A stretch of 64,000 nucleotides of DNA from the human T2T-CHM13v2.0 reference genome, Homo sapiens: assembly GCF_009914755.1 (NCBI RefSeq), contig NC_060935.1. The stretch is one strand, 5' to 3'. The notes under the pieces are model-generated. The model saw only the letters and a program-made list of their open reading frames with translations, did not search any database and was not told the origin of the DNA. A program made the translations under genes and the position numbers. Positions 1-13,729 of the stretch are shown in pieces (within the stretch, counting starts at the first letter, position 1; the number at the start of each line of letters is the position of its first letter).

Positions 1-1117
1 TGTCAGAGGCCTGGGAAGGCCCTACCAAGCCCCTGCAGGCTTGGAGTTGCCTACTCCCACTGCCTGTCCTCTCCCAGTTCCAATCTCAGAGCAGAGTTGA
101 GGCTGAGCCCAGGCATTGTCGCAACCTGGCTGGGTGTGCACATGCTCAGAGCAATGCTGACATGCCAGCCCCCTGCCACCTTGGGCCCCTCTGGACTTTG
201 GGCACCAACCAGCACAAGATGGAGGCCAAGGGGGGTGCTGAGGGCAGCTCGGTGCTGGCCGGCAGGCACCCCTCAGCATGAACAGTATGGGAACCATGAA
301 CAGTGGCAGGAGGCAGACGGGCTTCTGAGTGGAAAGGGATGGGTCTCTCGTGAAGCCCCACCTTCAGACTCAGGGAAAACCTGAAGCCTGGGGGCAAGGG
401 TGCCAGGCCCATGGACTGGAGTGGAAACTTGTGATGCTTTTCCAGGCTTGCCCATAGCTGCCCATGGATGAATCAGCATGTACTTCCTCCCCTCTGAAGC
501 CCATTAAAAACCTAGGACTCAGCCAGACTTGAGAAGACACTGGGACAACCAGCTGTGGAGAGGAGCTACCCACTCCAGGGTCTCCTCTCTGCTGAGAGCT
601 GAACACTCATCAGGACACCCTGGCTGTGGAGAGGAGCTACCACTGCAAGTCTCCTCTAAGCTGTTCTGTTGGCCAATAAAGCTCCTCTTCGTCTTGCTCA
701 CCCTCAACTTGTTCATTTACCTCATCCTTCCTGGACACAGTTCAGGAACTTGGACCTGCCAAATGGCAGGGCTAAAAGAAATGTAACACAAACAGGGCTG
801 AAACATGCCACTTGCTCACCAAATTGCAGTCGACAAGAAGGAAAGATAAAAGGAGAGAAGAGCTGAGGCCCTTCAAGGAGCCCAGACCTAGGAGCTTCCT
901 GAACCAAGGTTGTGACACCCTCTTTGAGGCACAGTGGTGTCTGGCATCTCCGAGCTTCCGGATGCCACTGCATTTCCCAGTGCCAGCCATGGGAGCTTCT
1001 TGCAGGATGCCTGGTTCAGCCACAGACTCACAGGAAGCTGGCACCTGTGCCAGGGCCTGGAGCCACCCACCCAGCCACAACCAGTGTTCCTGGCTGTGCA
1101 CAGTGGCCAGACCCCAC
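1..1117 (+). mobile_element. MER52-family (MER52A-like) ERV1 LTR, cut by the window edge and truncated at its 3' side
   Basis: GC-rich; internal repeat GCTGTGGAGAGGAGCTACC x2 (552-640); AATAAA at 675-680; tail TAACACAAACAGGGCTGAAACATGCC...GTGGCCAGACCCCAC matches the recalled MER52 consensus. Confidence 0.75.
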
Positions 1118-1790
1118 ACAACCATAACCCTGATGGCTCAAAGCCTAGGCCAGATGAAAGGACCAAGACCCTAGCATCTGAACCCATGTGGCACACCATT
1201 CTCCCAAGGAACAGGGGGACCTGTATAACAGGGCAGCTGCTAAAGCTGGCTGGTTGCCTCACCCACACACACACCCACTACACAGCTGGCCAGTGCACCA
1301 AGCATACATGTGTTCGTACTCGACCCAACAGTCAGTCCTTGAAGCAACCTTGTTTTTGTGGAAAGACCACCACAGGGCTGCTCAGCCAGCCACACTCATG
1401 CACACCTGTGTCCAGCCAATGGCCATCTCAACAGGAACCATCACTTCCCCAGAGAGCCCTCCAGACATCCTATCAACCTCCATGCCCACATGTGTGCAGC
1501 TTGACAATCAGTTGAGCACCTCTGCCTTTAGCAAAACTGTGCCACTGCCATTACAAACTCTCACAGGCTAGGCCACTAAAGCAATCACAGATATTGTTGA
1601 CAAGGATTGCAACTGAAGAAACTGCATGGAGACCATGCTACTGAGTCTACTCAGAACCGAAGTTAATGCACCCTACCCAACAGACACCTATCTACAGGAA
1701 AAAGTCTCTCCTTACAAAGGTACATCATAAAATTTGAAAAGACAACTATCCCACTAGATGCACAGATATCAATGTAGGGACACAAGAAAC

Positions 1791-2735
1791 ATGAAAAAGC
1801 AAGGAAATGTGATATCCCCAAAAGAATGTAATCAGTCTTCAATGACAGATCACAAAGAAAACGACTTTTACAGAATGCCTAAAAAGAAAATCTAAATAAT
1901 GATCTTAAGGAAACTGAGCAAGATACAGCAGAAAACAAACAATTCAATAACATTACAAAACAATTTATGATCTGGGTGAGAAATTCAAAAAATAGATAGA
2001 TATCACAAAAAAGAACCAAAGTGAAATGTTGAAGGTGAAGAACTCAATGAATGAAATAAATGATATAATTGAGAGTTTCAATAGCAGGCTAGAGCAAGCA
2101 GAATAAGTAATTTCTGAACTTGAAGACAGGTCTGTTGAAGTAACTCAGTCTGAGAAAAAAATTAAGAATACAAAAATGAGCAAAGCCTTTGAGTCTTATA
2201 GAACATCGTTAAACAAAGAAATATTCACATTATAGGAATACCAGTGGGAAAAGATATGGAGAAAAGCAAAGAAAATCTATTTAACAAAAAATAGCTGAAA
2301 ATTTGCCAAGTAATTGAGAGAGATATGAACATCTAGATTCAGGAAGCCCAAAGGTTCCCAATTATATTCCACCCAAAAAGATCCTCTGCCAGGCACATTA
2401 TAATTAAATCATCAAACATCAAAGACAAGGAGAGAATTCTAAAAGTGACAAAAGAAAAGTATCAAGTCACATATAATGAAATGGCCATTAGACTATCAGC
2501 AGATTTCTCAGCAGAAATCTTTCAGGCCAGGAGAGAATGGGATAATACATTCAAAGTTCTGAAGGAAAAAAAATACTCAGCAAAGAATACTATATCCACA
2601 AAGCTATCCTTAAGAAATGAAGGGGAAATAAGGAACTTCCAAGACAGGCAAACACTGAGGGAATTCATCACCATTAGGCTGGACTTACAAGAAATACTTA
2701 AGGGAATGCTACGACTGGAAACAAAAGAACAATAA
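1791..2735 (+). pseudogene. Disrupted L1 ORF1 (RNA-binding protein) of the L1MA element
   Basis: ATGAAAAAGCAAGGAAAT start typical of L1M ORF1; C-terminal ORF 2445-2735 is ORF1p-like; multiple stops. Confidence 0.8.
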
Positions 2736-3294
2736 TTACTGTCATGAAAACATGTGAAAGTATAAAAATCACTAATAGAAGTAAATTCATAAATCAAACT
2801 CATAATACCCCAGTAATGCAATGGTGCTATGTAAGTCTCCTAATCACCTAGCATGAAGGTTTAAAGTCAAAATGGTCAAAAATAATAACAGCTACAATTA
2901 ATGGCTCAGGAACATATAATAGATTAAAAAAATAAATTAAGGCAACACAAATATAAATTGTTGGGAGGAGGGGGGAGTCTAGAATATTTTTATGAGACCA
3001 AAGGCGATTTGCTTTCAGGTTTAAACAATCCGTTATTAACTACAAAACTCTTTATGTTAGCCCCATGATAATGACAAAGAAAGAAAGTATAGCAAATGGA
3101 CAAATAAGAAAGTAGGGGGAAAAAAAAGCTTAGCACCACAGAAAACCACCAAACCACAGAGGTAAAAAAACAAAAATGCATCTTTGAAGAAATAATTTTA
3201 AGACTGAGATGAAGAGAAAAAAGAAAATAAAAACAAAACAAAACAAGAAAAAAAGAAATAAGCAAGAGATTTACAAAACAACCAGAAAACAATT

Positions 3295-3950
3295 AAGAGA
3301 ACTGTAGGAGTAAGTCCTTATCCATCAGTAATAATCTTCAATATAAATGGATTAAATTCTCTGACTAAAACATATAGAGTGGCTGAATTGAGTAAAGAAA
3401 CAAGATTCAACTCTATGCTGCCTACATGAGACTCGCCTCACAGTTAAAGACAAATATAGACTGAAAGTGGAGGGATGGCACATAATATTCCATGAAAATG
3501 GAAACCAAAGCAGCAAGAGTAGACATTCTTATACCAGATAAGATAGATTTTAAGTCAAAAACTGTAAAAAGAGACAAAGAAGATTACAATATAATAATAA
3601 AGGGCTCAATTGAACAAGAAGATATAACAATTATAAATATAAATACATCCAACACTGGAGCCCCCACATATGTAAAGCAAATATTACTAGATCTAAAAGG
3701 AGAGATAAACTGCAATGCAATAATAGTAGGGAACTTCAATACACTGCTATGTAATCAACACACCATTGATCATCTAGACAAAAAAAATCAACAAAGTAAC
3801 ATCAGACTTAAACTGCAACAGAGACGAAATGGACCAAACAGATATTTACAAAACATTTCATAAAACAGCTGCAGAATATACATTTGTCTCAATGGCACAT
3901 GAAACATCTCCAGAACAGATCACATGTTAGGCCACAAAACAAGTTGTAAC
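3295..3950 (+). pseudogene. Disrupted L1 ORF2 APE-type endonuclease domain
   Basis: ORF 3492-3863 carries L1 EN motifs (DKIDFK, IKGSI, NTGAP, IIVGNFNT). Confidence 0.8.
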
Positions 3951-4438
3951 CAGCTATATTACTAAAATAGCATGGTCCTGGCATAAAAACAGACTCACAG
4001 ACCAATGAAACAGAGTAGAGAGCCCATAAATAAATTCATGCACCCACAGTCACGTGATTTTCGACTATGTTGCCAAGAATACACATTGTAGAAAAGAAAA
4101 TCTTGTCAATAAATGGTGCTAAGCAAATTGGATATTCACATGCAGAAGAGTGAGATTAGATCCTACCTTTCACAAAAATTAACTCAAAATGGATTAAAAA
4201 CAAAAATGTAAAGCCTGAAACTACTAGAAGAAAACAAAGAGGAAATGCTTCATGACATTGGGCTCTGCAAAGATTTTTAAAATAAGAACTCAAAAGCGCA
4301 GACAAGTAAAAATAGACAAATGAAATTACATCAAACTAAAAAGCTTTTCCACAGCACAGGAAACTGTTAACAAAATGAAGAGACAACCTACAGAATAGGA
4401 GAAAATATTTTTAAACTATACATCTGACAAGGGGTTAA

Positions 4439-4792
<354 letters not shown>

Positions 4793-6210
4793 AACCCAAG
4801 TTTTTAAATGGGCAAAGGACCTTAGTAACTACTTCTCAAAAGGGAATATAAAAACGGCTGACAGGTATATGAAAAAAAATGCTCAACACCACTAATAATC
4901 ATCAGGTAAATGCAAACCAAACTCACAATGATATATACCACCTTCCTCTAGTTAGAATGACTGTCACCAAAAAGAGAAAAGAAAACAAGTGTTAGCTGGG
5001 ATGTGGAGAAAAGGGAAAAGGAAAACCTACATACTGTTGGTGGGATTGAAAACTACTACTACACTATGAAGGTTCCTCAAAATATTAAACATAGAACTAC
5101 CATATGATCCAGTGATCCCATTATTGGATATATATCAAAACAGAATGAAATAACTATGTCCAAGACAATCTGTACTCCCGTTTATTGTAGCACTATTCAC
5201 AACAGCCAAAATACAGAATCAACCTAAGCGTCCAACAACAGATAAATGAATAAAGAAAATGTAGTATGCATAAACAATGGAATATTATTCAACCTTTAAA
5301 AAGAAGGAAATGCTGTCATTTGTGACAATGTGAATGAATCTAGACATCATGTTAAGTGAAATAAGCCAATCACAGATAGACAAATACCATATGATCTCAC
5401 TCCTATGTGGGATCTTTTTTACTTAAAGTTGATATCAAAGAGAGAAGAACAGTAGTTACCAAAGAAAATCCCAGGATTGGATGGCCTCACTGCTGAATTC
5501 CATCAAATATTTAAAGAACTAATACCAATTCTCAAACTCTTCCAGAAAATTGAAGAGGAAAAAATATTTCCAAACTCATTTTATGAGGCCAGCATTACCC
5601 TGGTTTCAAAACCAGACAAAGACACAACAACAACAACAACAAATACTACAGGTCATTATCTCTGAAAAACATAGATGCAAAAATTCTCAACAAGATATTA
5701 GCAAGCCAAATCCAACAGCACATTGAAAAGATAACACACCATAATCAGGTAGGATTTATCCCAGGAATGCAAGGGTGATTCAACATATGCAAATCAATAA
5801 ACATGACAACAACAGAATGAAGGACAAAACCATATGATCATCTCAATAGACACAGAAAAAGCATTTGGTAAAATTAAACATCCCTTCATGATAAAAACTC
5901 CCAACAAACTTAGACACTGAAGGAACATACTTCAATGGGTAAGGAATGAGAGGAAGATGGAGAAGCTAGCCAATGGGTATAAAGTTACAATTAGATAGAA
6001 TGAATAAATACCGGTATTCTACTGCACAGTAGGTAACTATGGCTAACAGCAAAATATTGTATATTACAAAATAGCTAGAAGACAGGCTTTTGAATATTCT
6101 CACCACAAAGAAATAATTAATGTATGACATGATGGATTTATTATCAAACTACCCTGATTGGATCATTATATAACATAGATATATATCAAAACATTAAATT
6201 GGGGGGCTGG

Positions 6211-6221
6211 CAAGATGGCCG
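6211..6221 (+). promoter_or_regulatory. YY1 site of the L1 internal promoter
   Basis: CAAGATGGCCG at the canonical position near the L1 5' end. Confidence 0.85.
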
Positions 6222-7555
6222 AATAGGAACAGCTCCGGTCTGCAGCTCTCAGTGAGATCAATGCAGAAAGCGGGTGATTTCTGCATTTCCAACTGAGGTA
6301 CCCATCTCGTCTCATTGGGACGGGTTAGACAGTGGGAGCAGCCCATGGAGGGTGAGCTGAAGCAGGGTGGGGCATTGCCTCAGCCGGGAAGCACAGAGGG
6401 TTGGGGAACTCCCTCCACTAGCCAAGGGAAGCCTTGAGAGACTGTGCTGTGAGGAATGGTGCACTCCAGCCCAGATATTATGATTTTCCCATGGCCTTCG
6501 CAACCCACAGACCAGGAGATTCCCTCAGGTGCCTACGCCACCAGGACCGTGGGTTTCAAGCACAAAACTGGGCAGCTGTTTAGGCAGACACTGAGCTAGC
6601 TGCAGGAGTTTTTTTGTTGTTTTTTTTTTCATACCCCAGTGGCAATTGGAACACCAGTGAGACAGAACTGTTCACTTCCCTGGAAAGGGAACTGAAGCCA
6701 GGGAGACAAGTGGTCTAGCTCAGCAGATCCCACCGCCACGGAGCCCAGCAAGCTAAGATCCACTGGTTTGAAATTCTCACTGCCAGCACAGCAGGCTGAA
6801 GTCGACTTTGGATGCTCAAGCTTGGTGGGGTGAGGGGCATCCACCCTTATTGAAGCTTGAGTAGGTGGTTTTCCCCTCACATTGTAAACAAAGCCGCCAG
6901 TAAGTTAAAACTGGGCAGAGGCCACTGCAGCTCAGCAAAGCCACGGTGGCCAGATTGCCTCCCTAGATTCCTCCTCTCTGGGCAGGACATATCTGAAAGA
7001 AAGGCAGCAGCTCCAGTCAGGGGCTTATAGATAAAACTCCCATTTCCATGGGACAGAGCACCTGGGGGAAGGGGAGGCTGTGGGTACAGCTTCAGCCAAC
7101 TTAAACATTCCTGCCTACCAGCTCTGAAGAGAGCAGCGGACTGCCCAACACAGTGCTTGAGCTCTGCTAAGGAACAGACTGCCTGCTCAAGTGGGTCACT
7201 GACCCCCATGCCTCCTGACTGGGAGATATCACCCAACAGGGGTTGACAGACACCACATACAGGAGGGCTCCAGCTGGCATCTGGTGGGTGCCCCTCTGGG
7301 ACGAAACTTCCAGAAGAAGGAACAGGCCACAGTCTTTGCTGTTCTGCAGACTCCGCTGGTGATACCCAGGCAAACAGGGTCTGGAGTGGACCTCCAGCAA
7401 ACTCTAACAGACCTGCAGCAGAGGGGCCTGACTGGTAAAAGGAAAACTAACAAAAAGAAAGAAATAGTATCAACATCAACAAAAAGGATGTCCACACAGA
7501 AAGCCCACCCTAAGGTCACCAGCATCAAAGACCAAAGGTAGATAAATCCACAAAG

Positions 7556-8461
7556 ATGAGGAAAAACCAGCACAAAACGGCTGAAAATTCCAAAAACCAG
7601 AATGAGCATGTTCTAACCCAATACAAGGAAGCTAAGAACATTGAAAAAAAGGTTAGACAAATTGCTAACTAGAATAACCAGTTTAGAAAAGAACATATAT
7701 GGCCTGATGGAGCTGAAAAACACAGCATGGGAACTTTGTGAAGCATATACAAGGATCAATAGCTGAATCAATCAAGTTGAAGAAAGGATATGAGACATTG
7801 AAGATCAACTTAATGAAATAAAGTGTGAAAACAACATTACAGAAAAAAAGAATGAAAAGGAACAGACAAAGCCTCCAAGAAATATGGGACTATGTGAAAA
7901 GACCAAACCTACGTTTGATTGGTATACTTGAAATTGACAAGGAGAATGGAACAAAGTTGGAAAACACTCTTCAGGACATTATCCAGGAAAACTTCCCCAA
8001 CCTAGCAAGACAGGCCAACACTCAAATTCAGGAAATACAGAGAACACCACAAAGATACTCCTCGAGAAGAGCAACCCCTAAACACATGATCGTCAGATAC
8101 ACCAAGATTGAAATGAAGGCAGCCTGAGAGAAAGGTGGGGTTATCCACAAAGGGAAGCCCATCAGACTAACAGCAGATCTCTCTGCAGAAACCCTACCAG
8201 GCAGAAGAGATTGGGGGCAAATATTCAACATTCTAAAAGGAAATAATTTTCAACCCAGAATTTCATATCTGGCCAAATGGAGCTTCATAAGCAAAGGAGA
8301 AATAAAGTACTTTATGGACAAGCAAATGTTGAGAGATTTTGTCACAACCAGGCCTGCCTTACAAGAGCTCCTGAAGGAAGCACTAAATATGTAAAAACAA
8401 AACAACAACAACAACAACAACAAAACAGTACCAGCCACTGCAAAAACATACCAAATTGTAA
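7556..8461 (+). pseudogene. Disrupted L1PA7 ORF1
   Basis: ATGAGGAAAAACCAG start; SLQEIWDYVKRPNLRLIG motif; deletions, stops and a (CAA)n expansion near the end. Confidence 0.9.
8393..8425 (+). repeat. (CAA)n microsatellite in the L1 ORF1 3' end
   Basis: AAAACAAAACAACAACAACAACAACAACAAAAC. Confidence 0.9.
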
Positions 8462-8524
8462 AGGCCGTCAACACCATGAAGAAACTGCATCAACTAACGG
8501 GCAAAATAAGCAGCTAGCATCATA

Positions 8525-11007
8525 ATGACAGGATCAAATTCACACATAAGAATATTAACCTTAAATGTAAACGGGCTAAATGCCACAAATAAAAGACCCA
8601 GACTGGCAAGCTGAATAAAGATTCAAGACCCATAGGTGTGCTGTATTCAGGAGACCCATCTCATGTGCAAAGACACAAATAGGCTCAAAATAAAGGGATG
8701 GAGGAATACTTACCAAGCAAATGGAAAGCAAAAAAAAAAGCAGGGGTTGCAATCCTAATCTCTGATAAAACAGACTTTAAACCAACAAAGATCAAAAAAG
8801 ACAAAGAAGGGCATTATATAATGGTAAAGGGATCAATGCAACAAGAAGAGTTAACTATCCTAAACATATATGCACCCAATACAGGAGCACCCAGATTCAT
8901 AAAGCAAGTTCTTAGAGATCTACGAAGAGACTTAGACTCCCACACAATAATAGTGAGAGATTTAACACCCCAATGTCAATATTAGATCAATGAGACAGAA
9001 AAATAACAAGGATATTCAGGACTTGAACTCAGCTCTGGACCAAGTGGACCTAATAGACATCTACAGAACTCTCCACCCCAAATCAACAGAATATATATTC
9101 TTCTCAGCACCACGTGACACTTATTCTAAAATTGACCACATAATTGGAAGTAAAACACTCCTCAGCAAATGCAGAATGGAAATCATAACAAACAGTCTCT
9201 CAGACCACAGCACAATCAAATTAGAACTCAAGATTAAGAAACTCACTCAAAACTGCACAACTACATGGAAACTGAACAATCTGCTCCTGGATGACTACTG
9301 GGTGTTTGCAGATGACATGATTGTATATTTAGAAAACCCCATTGTTTCAGCCCAAAATCTCCTTAAGCTGATAAGCAACTTCAGCAAAGTCTTAGGATAC
9401 AAAATCAATGTGCAAAAATCACAAGCCTTCCTATATACCAATAATAGAGAGTCAAATCGTAAGTGAACTCCCATTCACAATTGCTACAAAGAGAATAAAA
9501 TACCTAGGAATACAACTTACAAGGGATATGAAGGACCTCTTCAAGGAGAACTACAAACCACTGCTTAAGGAAATAAGAGCAGACACAAACATTGGATGCT
9601 CAAGGAAAAACATTCCATGTTCATGGATAGGAAGAATCAATATCGTGAAAATGGCCATACTGCCCAAAGTAATTTACAGATTCAATGCTATCTCCATCAA
9701 GCTATCATTGACTTTCTTCATAGAATTAGAAAAACCTACTTTAAAGTTCATATGGAACCAAAAAAGAGACCATATAGCCAAGACAATCCTAAGCAAAAAG
9801 AACAAAGCTGGAGGCATCATGCTACCTGACCTCAAACTATACTACAAGGCTACAGTAACCAAAGCAGCATTGTACTGGTACCAAAACAGATATACAGACC
9901 AATGGAACAGAACAGATGCCTCAGAAATAACGCCACACATCTACAACCATCTGATCTTTGACAAGCCTGACAAAAAACAAGCAATGGGGAAAGGATTCCC
10001 TATTTAATAAATGGTATTGGGAAAACTGGCTAGCCATATGCAGAAAACTGAAACTGGACCGCTTCTTTACACCTTATACAAAAATTAACTCAAGATGGAT
10101 TAAAGACTTAAACGTAAGACCTAACACCATGAAAACCCTAGAAGAAAACCTAGGCAATACCATTCAGGATATAGGCATGGGCAAAGACTTCATGACTAAA
10201 ACACCAAAAGCAATGACAACCAAAGTCAAAATTGACAAATGGGATCTAATTAAACTAAAGAGCTTCTGCACAGCAAAAGAAATTATCATCAGAGTGAACA
10301 GGCAACCCACAGAATGGAAGAAAAGTTTTCTAATCTATCCATCTGACAAAGGGCTAATATCCAGAAACAAATTTACAAGAAAAAAAACAACCCTATCAAA
10401 AAGTGGAAAAAGGATATGAACACACTTCCCAAAAGAAGACATTTATGCAGCCAACAAACATATGGAAAAAGCTCATTATCACTGGTCATTAGAGAAATAC
10501 AAATCAAAACCACAATGAGATACCATCTCACACCAGTTAGAATGGTGATCATTAAAAAGTCAGGAAACAACAGATGCTAGAGAGGATGTGGAGAAATAGG
10601 AATGCTTTTACACTGCTGGTGGGAGTGTAAATTAGTTCAACCATTGTGGAAGACAGATCCTCAAGGATCTAGAACCAGAAATACCATTTGGCCCAGCAAT
10701 CCCATTACTGGGTATATACCCAAAGGTTTATAAATAATTCTACTATAGAGACACATGCACACATATGTTTATTGTGGCACTATTCACAATAGCAAAGACT
10801 GGGAACCAACCCAAAAGCCCATCAATGATAGACTGGATAAAGAAAATGTGGCACATATACACTATGGAATACTATGCAGCCATAAAAAAGGGTGAGTTCA
10901 TGTCCTTTGCAGGGACATGGATAAAGCTGGAAACCATCATTCTCAGCAAACTAACACAAGAAGAGAAAATCAAACACTGCGTGTTCTCACTCATAAGTGG
11001 GAGTTGA
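8525..11007 (+). pseudogene. Disrupted L1PA7 ORF2 (endonuclease fused to the second half of RT)
   Basis: ATGACAGGATCAAAT start; EN motifs (NIYAPNTGAPRF, SDHS); [10 protein letters not shown] fusion; ends SLISGS*; frameshifts. Confidence 0.92.
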
Positions 11008-11789
11008 ACAATGAGAACACAGGGACACAGGGAGGAGAACATCACACACAGGGGCCTGTTGGGGGTTGGGAGGCTAAGGGAGGGACAGCATTAGGAGAAA
11101 TACCTAATGTAGATGACGGGTTGATGGGTGTAGCAAACCACGATGGCACGTGTATAGCTATGTAACAAACCTGCACTTTCTGCACCTATAGCCCAGAACT
11201 TAAAATATAATAAAAAAGAAAATAAATAAATAAAATAAAAATAAGAAAATAAAATAAAGATTAGCAGAAAAAAGGAAAGACATATAGTTAGAGTCAGTGG
11301 AGAAATACTCCCATTTTTTCAATTCTCTGCATCATTCACCACCAACTTTAGCTTCCAAAACTCTGCTCAGCAACCTGCAAGAAGGTTTTAGACTCACTGT
11401 CAGGTGGTCAATTGTGTGGAAAATAAAATAAAACAATATGTCAAAACCTGGTTTTCTGCCTTGCTTTAAGATTTGGATGCCAATCACAAAGTTATATCCC
11501 ACACCAAGTTTTGTTTGTTGTCAAAGGTAAAGGTGCTTTGCTAGCATTACATACAGACTGAAGGCTAGAGTTGCCATGCAAAAGACCAGCTGCTTTTAAA
11601 ATGGATCACCTAGGAACAGCTTAGAACTTTAAGTAGATAATCTGATCCTGTCAATACACTGAACCTGAAGCTTCAAGGGACAACCATCAGCATCACTGGT
11701 CATTTAAATAAGTATATCAAACATGTTAAGCCAAAATACAACTATGAATATAGCAAATTGGTGCTAATATGCCCTTCATTTTCTCGTTT

Positions 11790-13030
11790 AGATAATGCTC
11801 TCAAATACCTCCTCACTGGTTTCCCTGCTTCCACTCCTCCATCCATTCTCCCCAGAAGAGCCAGGGAGACCTTCCTGAAACATACATCAGCTCACTTAAC
11901 CCCTTTGTTTAGGTGCTCAAAGGCTTTCCACTACACTTACAATAAAATCCAAACTCCTCAAGCTGGCCTACTGGCTTCATGTGACCTGGCCCTCTCTTGT
12001 TTCTCAGAGTTCAGCCCTCTCCACTCTCTCCAACACTCACTTAGCCATACTCTCCTTGTTCCTCCACAAACTCTCCTTACTCATTTTATCTGGGGTCTTT
12101 TGCACTAGCTGTTCCTTATTCCCCCAGCTTGACTAGACTATCTTTATCTTTCAGGTTTTAGCTGAATTGCTACTTCCTCGCAGAGGGCCTCCTTGAGCAG
12201 CCACTCACCCACTGTATAACTTAACTGTACTGCATCCAGTTTGTGTCCCACCACAGACCCATGAGGCCTACCTACCTCTGTGCCTTGCCACCTTGGGTCC
12301 TCAGCCATAGCCTTGCTTTCTTTCCAGAACAGCCTCAGTGCCACTCATACTAGTTCCTCCAGTCATAAAGCCCTGACCATGGGCACCACTGCCGCCCTCA
12401 GAGGCCAAAAAGCCCCACAGACAGTGCCAATTAACAAGCAATGGCCACCATGCCTGCCTACTGGGTTGAATCTGGCTTCACCAGAAGCTGCTGGCAGGGA
12501 CTTGCAGGGCAGTTAGAGTCCTATGGAAGACTGGAGATGGCAAAGAAGCAGCAGATCAATTTCCAGCCTTATTACCCCACCCTTCCATGCCATTCTGAGA
12601 TGCAGCAGCTTCATACAGCTTCTCTGGAAACATCCTTCAAGACTAGCATCCAATTATATCTGTTGCAAATCTGTGGCCAGTTTGGTAATGCATCCCTTTG
12701 AATTGGCTTTCCCTCCTCTGCCTCTCCCATTTTTCCCTCACTCTTGCTTCCCTGTTATGGTGCCCTCAGTAAAGCATTATCATGCACGATTTTATCTCAG
12801 GGTCTGTTTTCTAGAGAGCCCAGCGTAAAACAGTGACACTATTTTCATTCACTTCCTGATATTTTCTTTAACTCCAGCCTCACTGGCCCCTAAACCCCCA
12901 CTTCAACATACATATCCAGAATGTAAAAATTTGGAACTTGTTTGAGAACACTTTATTTGTCTTGTTCACTAGGGCTGTGAACAGTGCCTGACACATAGTA
13001 GGTACTTAGTAAATATTTGTTGAATGAATA
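11790..13030 (+). mobile_element. L2 (L2a-like) 3' region interrupted by an LTR
   Basis: CCTCCTCACTGGTTTCCCTGCTTCC...AATAAAATCCAAACTCCT; terminal ACACATAGTAGGTACTTAGTAAATATTTGTTGAATGAAT. Confidence 0.75.
12226..12832 (+). mobile_element. LTR33-family ERVL solo LTR
   Basis: TG...CA ends; 3' end CTCAGGGTCTGTTTTCTAGAGAGCCCAGCGTAAAACA resembles LTR33. Confidence 0.65.
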
Positions 13031-13729
13031 AGACCACAACAGCACAGTATCTAATGCCATTGGTGCATGCCAATTTGACTGCAAAGGTAACTGGAGATTT
13101 AATGGAACTAACTCTATCTTGTTGACTGCTATGTTGCCAAGGCCTAGCATAATACCTAGCATACAGCTGCTCTCAAAAAAATAATGTTTGACTGATTAAT
13201 AAATTGGAAGGCACTGGCAAGATCAATGACAGGAAATTATTGGCAAGAACAAGAAGTCACTAGAAGCTCATAGTCACAACCTCTTCCTGAAAGCAAAACA
13301 AACAAACAAACAAAAAAAAACTTAATTGGAACATCATAAAAATGATTCTTTAAGGTTAAAAATATAGACTGACAAGTGTTTGTATGTTAGAAAACCAAAA
13401 AGAAATCAAATAAACTATCTGGATTCCTTGACCATAGACTTCACATAGCAGTATAAAATAAAGCTGATGTTTTTTAGCAAATTGAAGTCCAACACTAGTT
13501 AGGAAATCAAAGGATCCAGTTACTAACCTTCACAGAGCTGGTTAAAAAAAATCCAACAATATTTGTTTCATTGTTTACACAGCTGAGGATTCATAGTCTA
13601 ATCACTAATCATTCATCACTAACACAAAGTGATAGGAACCCATCCCTTCGCCAAATAATGGCCCATTTTGTTTTCACCAGCTGTTTCAAGTAAAGAAGGA
13701 AGCATTAATAAAGACTGAGTAACCCATTT

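Larger units (their letters stand above)
6201..11258 (+). mobile_element. L1PA7-like LINE-1, 5'-complete, with ~1.3 kb internal ORF2 deletion
   Basis: Starts GGGGGGCTGGCAAGATGGCCGAATAGGAACAGCTCCGG; ORF1, ORF2, L1PA7-type 3'UTR (GTAGATGACGGGTTGATGGGTG...CCCAGAACTTAAA) and A-rich tail ~11205-11258. Confidence 0.93.

Noticed and set aside
22-1571. Many overlapping ORFs, up to 193 aa
   Set aside because: They fall in the GC-rich MER52 LTR and L1 5' region; no recognisable domain, and long frames are expected from base composition.
9290-9320. L1 ORF2 deletion as a spliced-RNA retrocopy
   Set aside because: The junction keeps both the GT and the TTTGCAG acceptor (TACTGGGT-GTTTGCAG); true splicing would have removed them.
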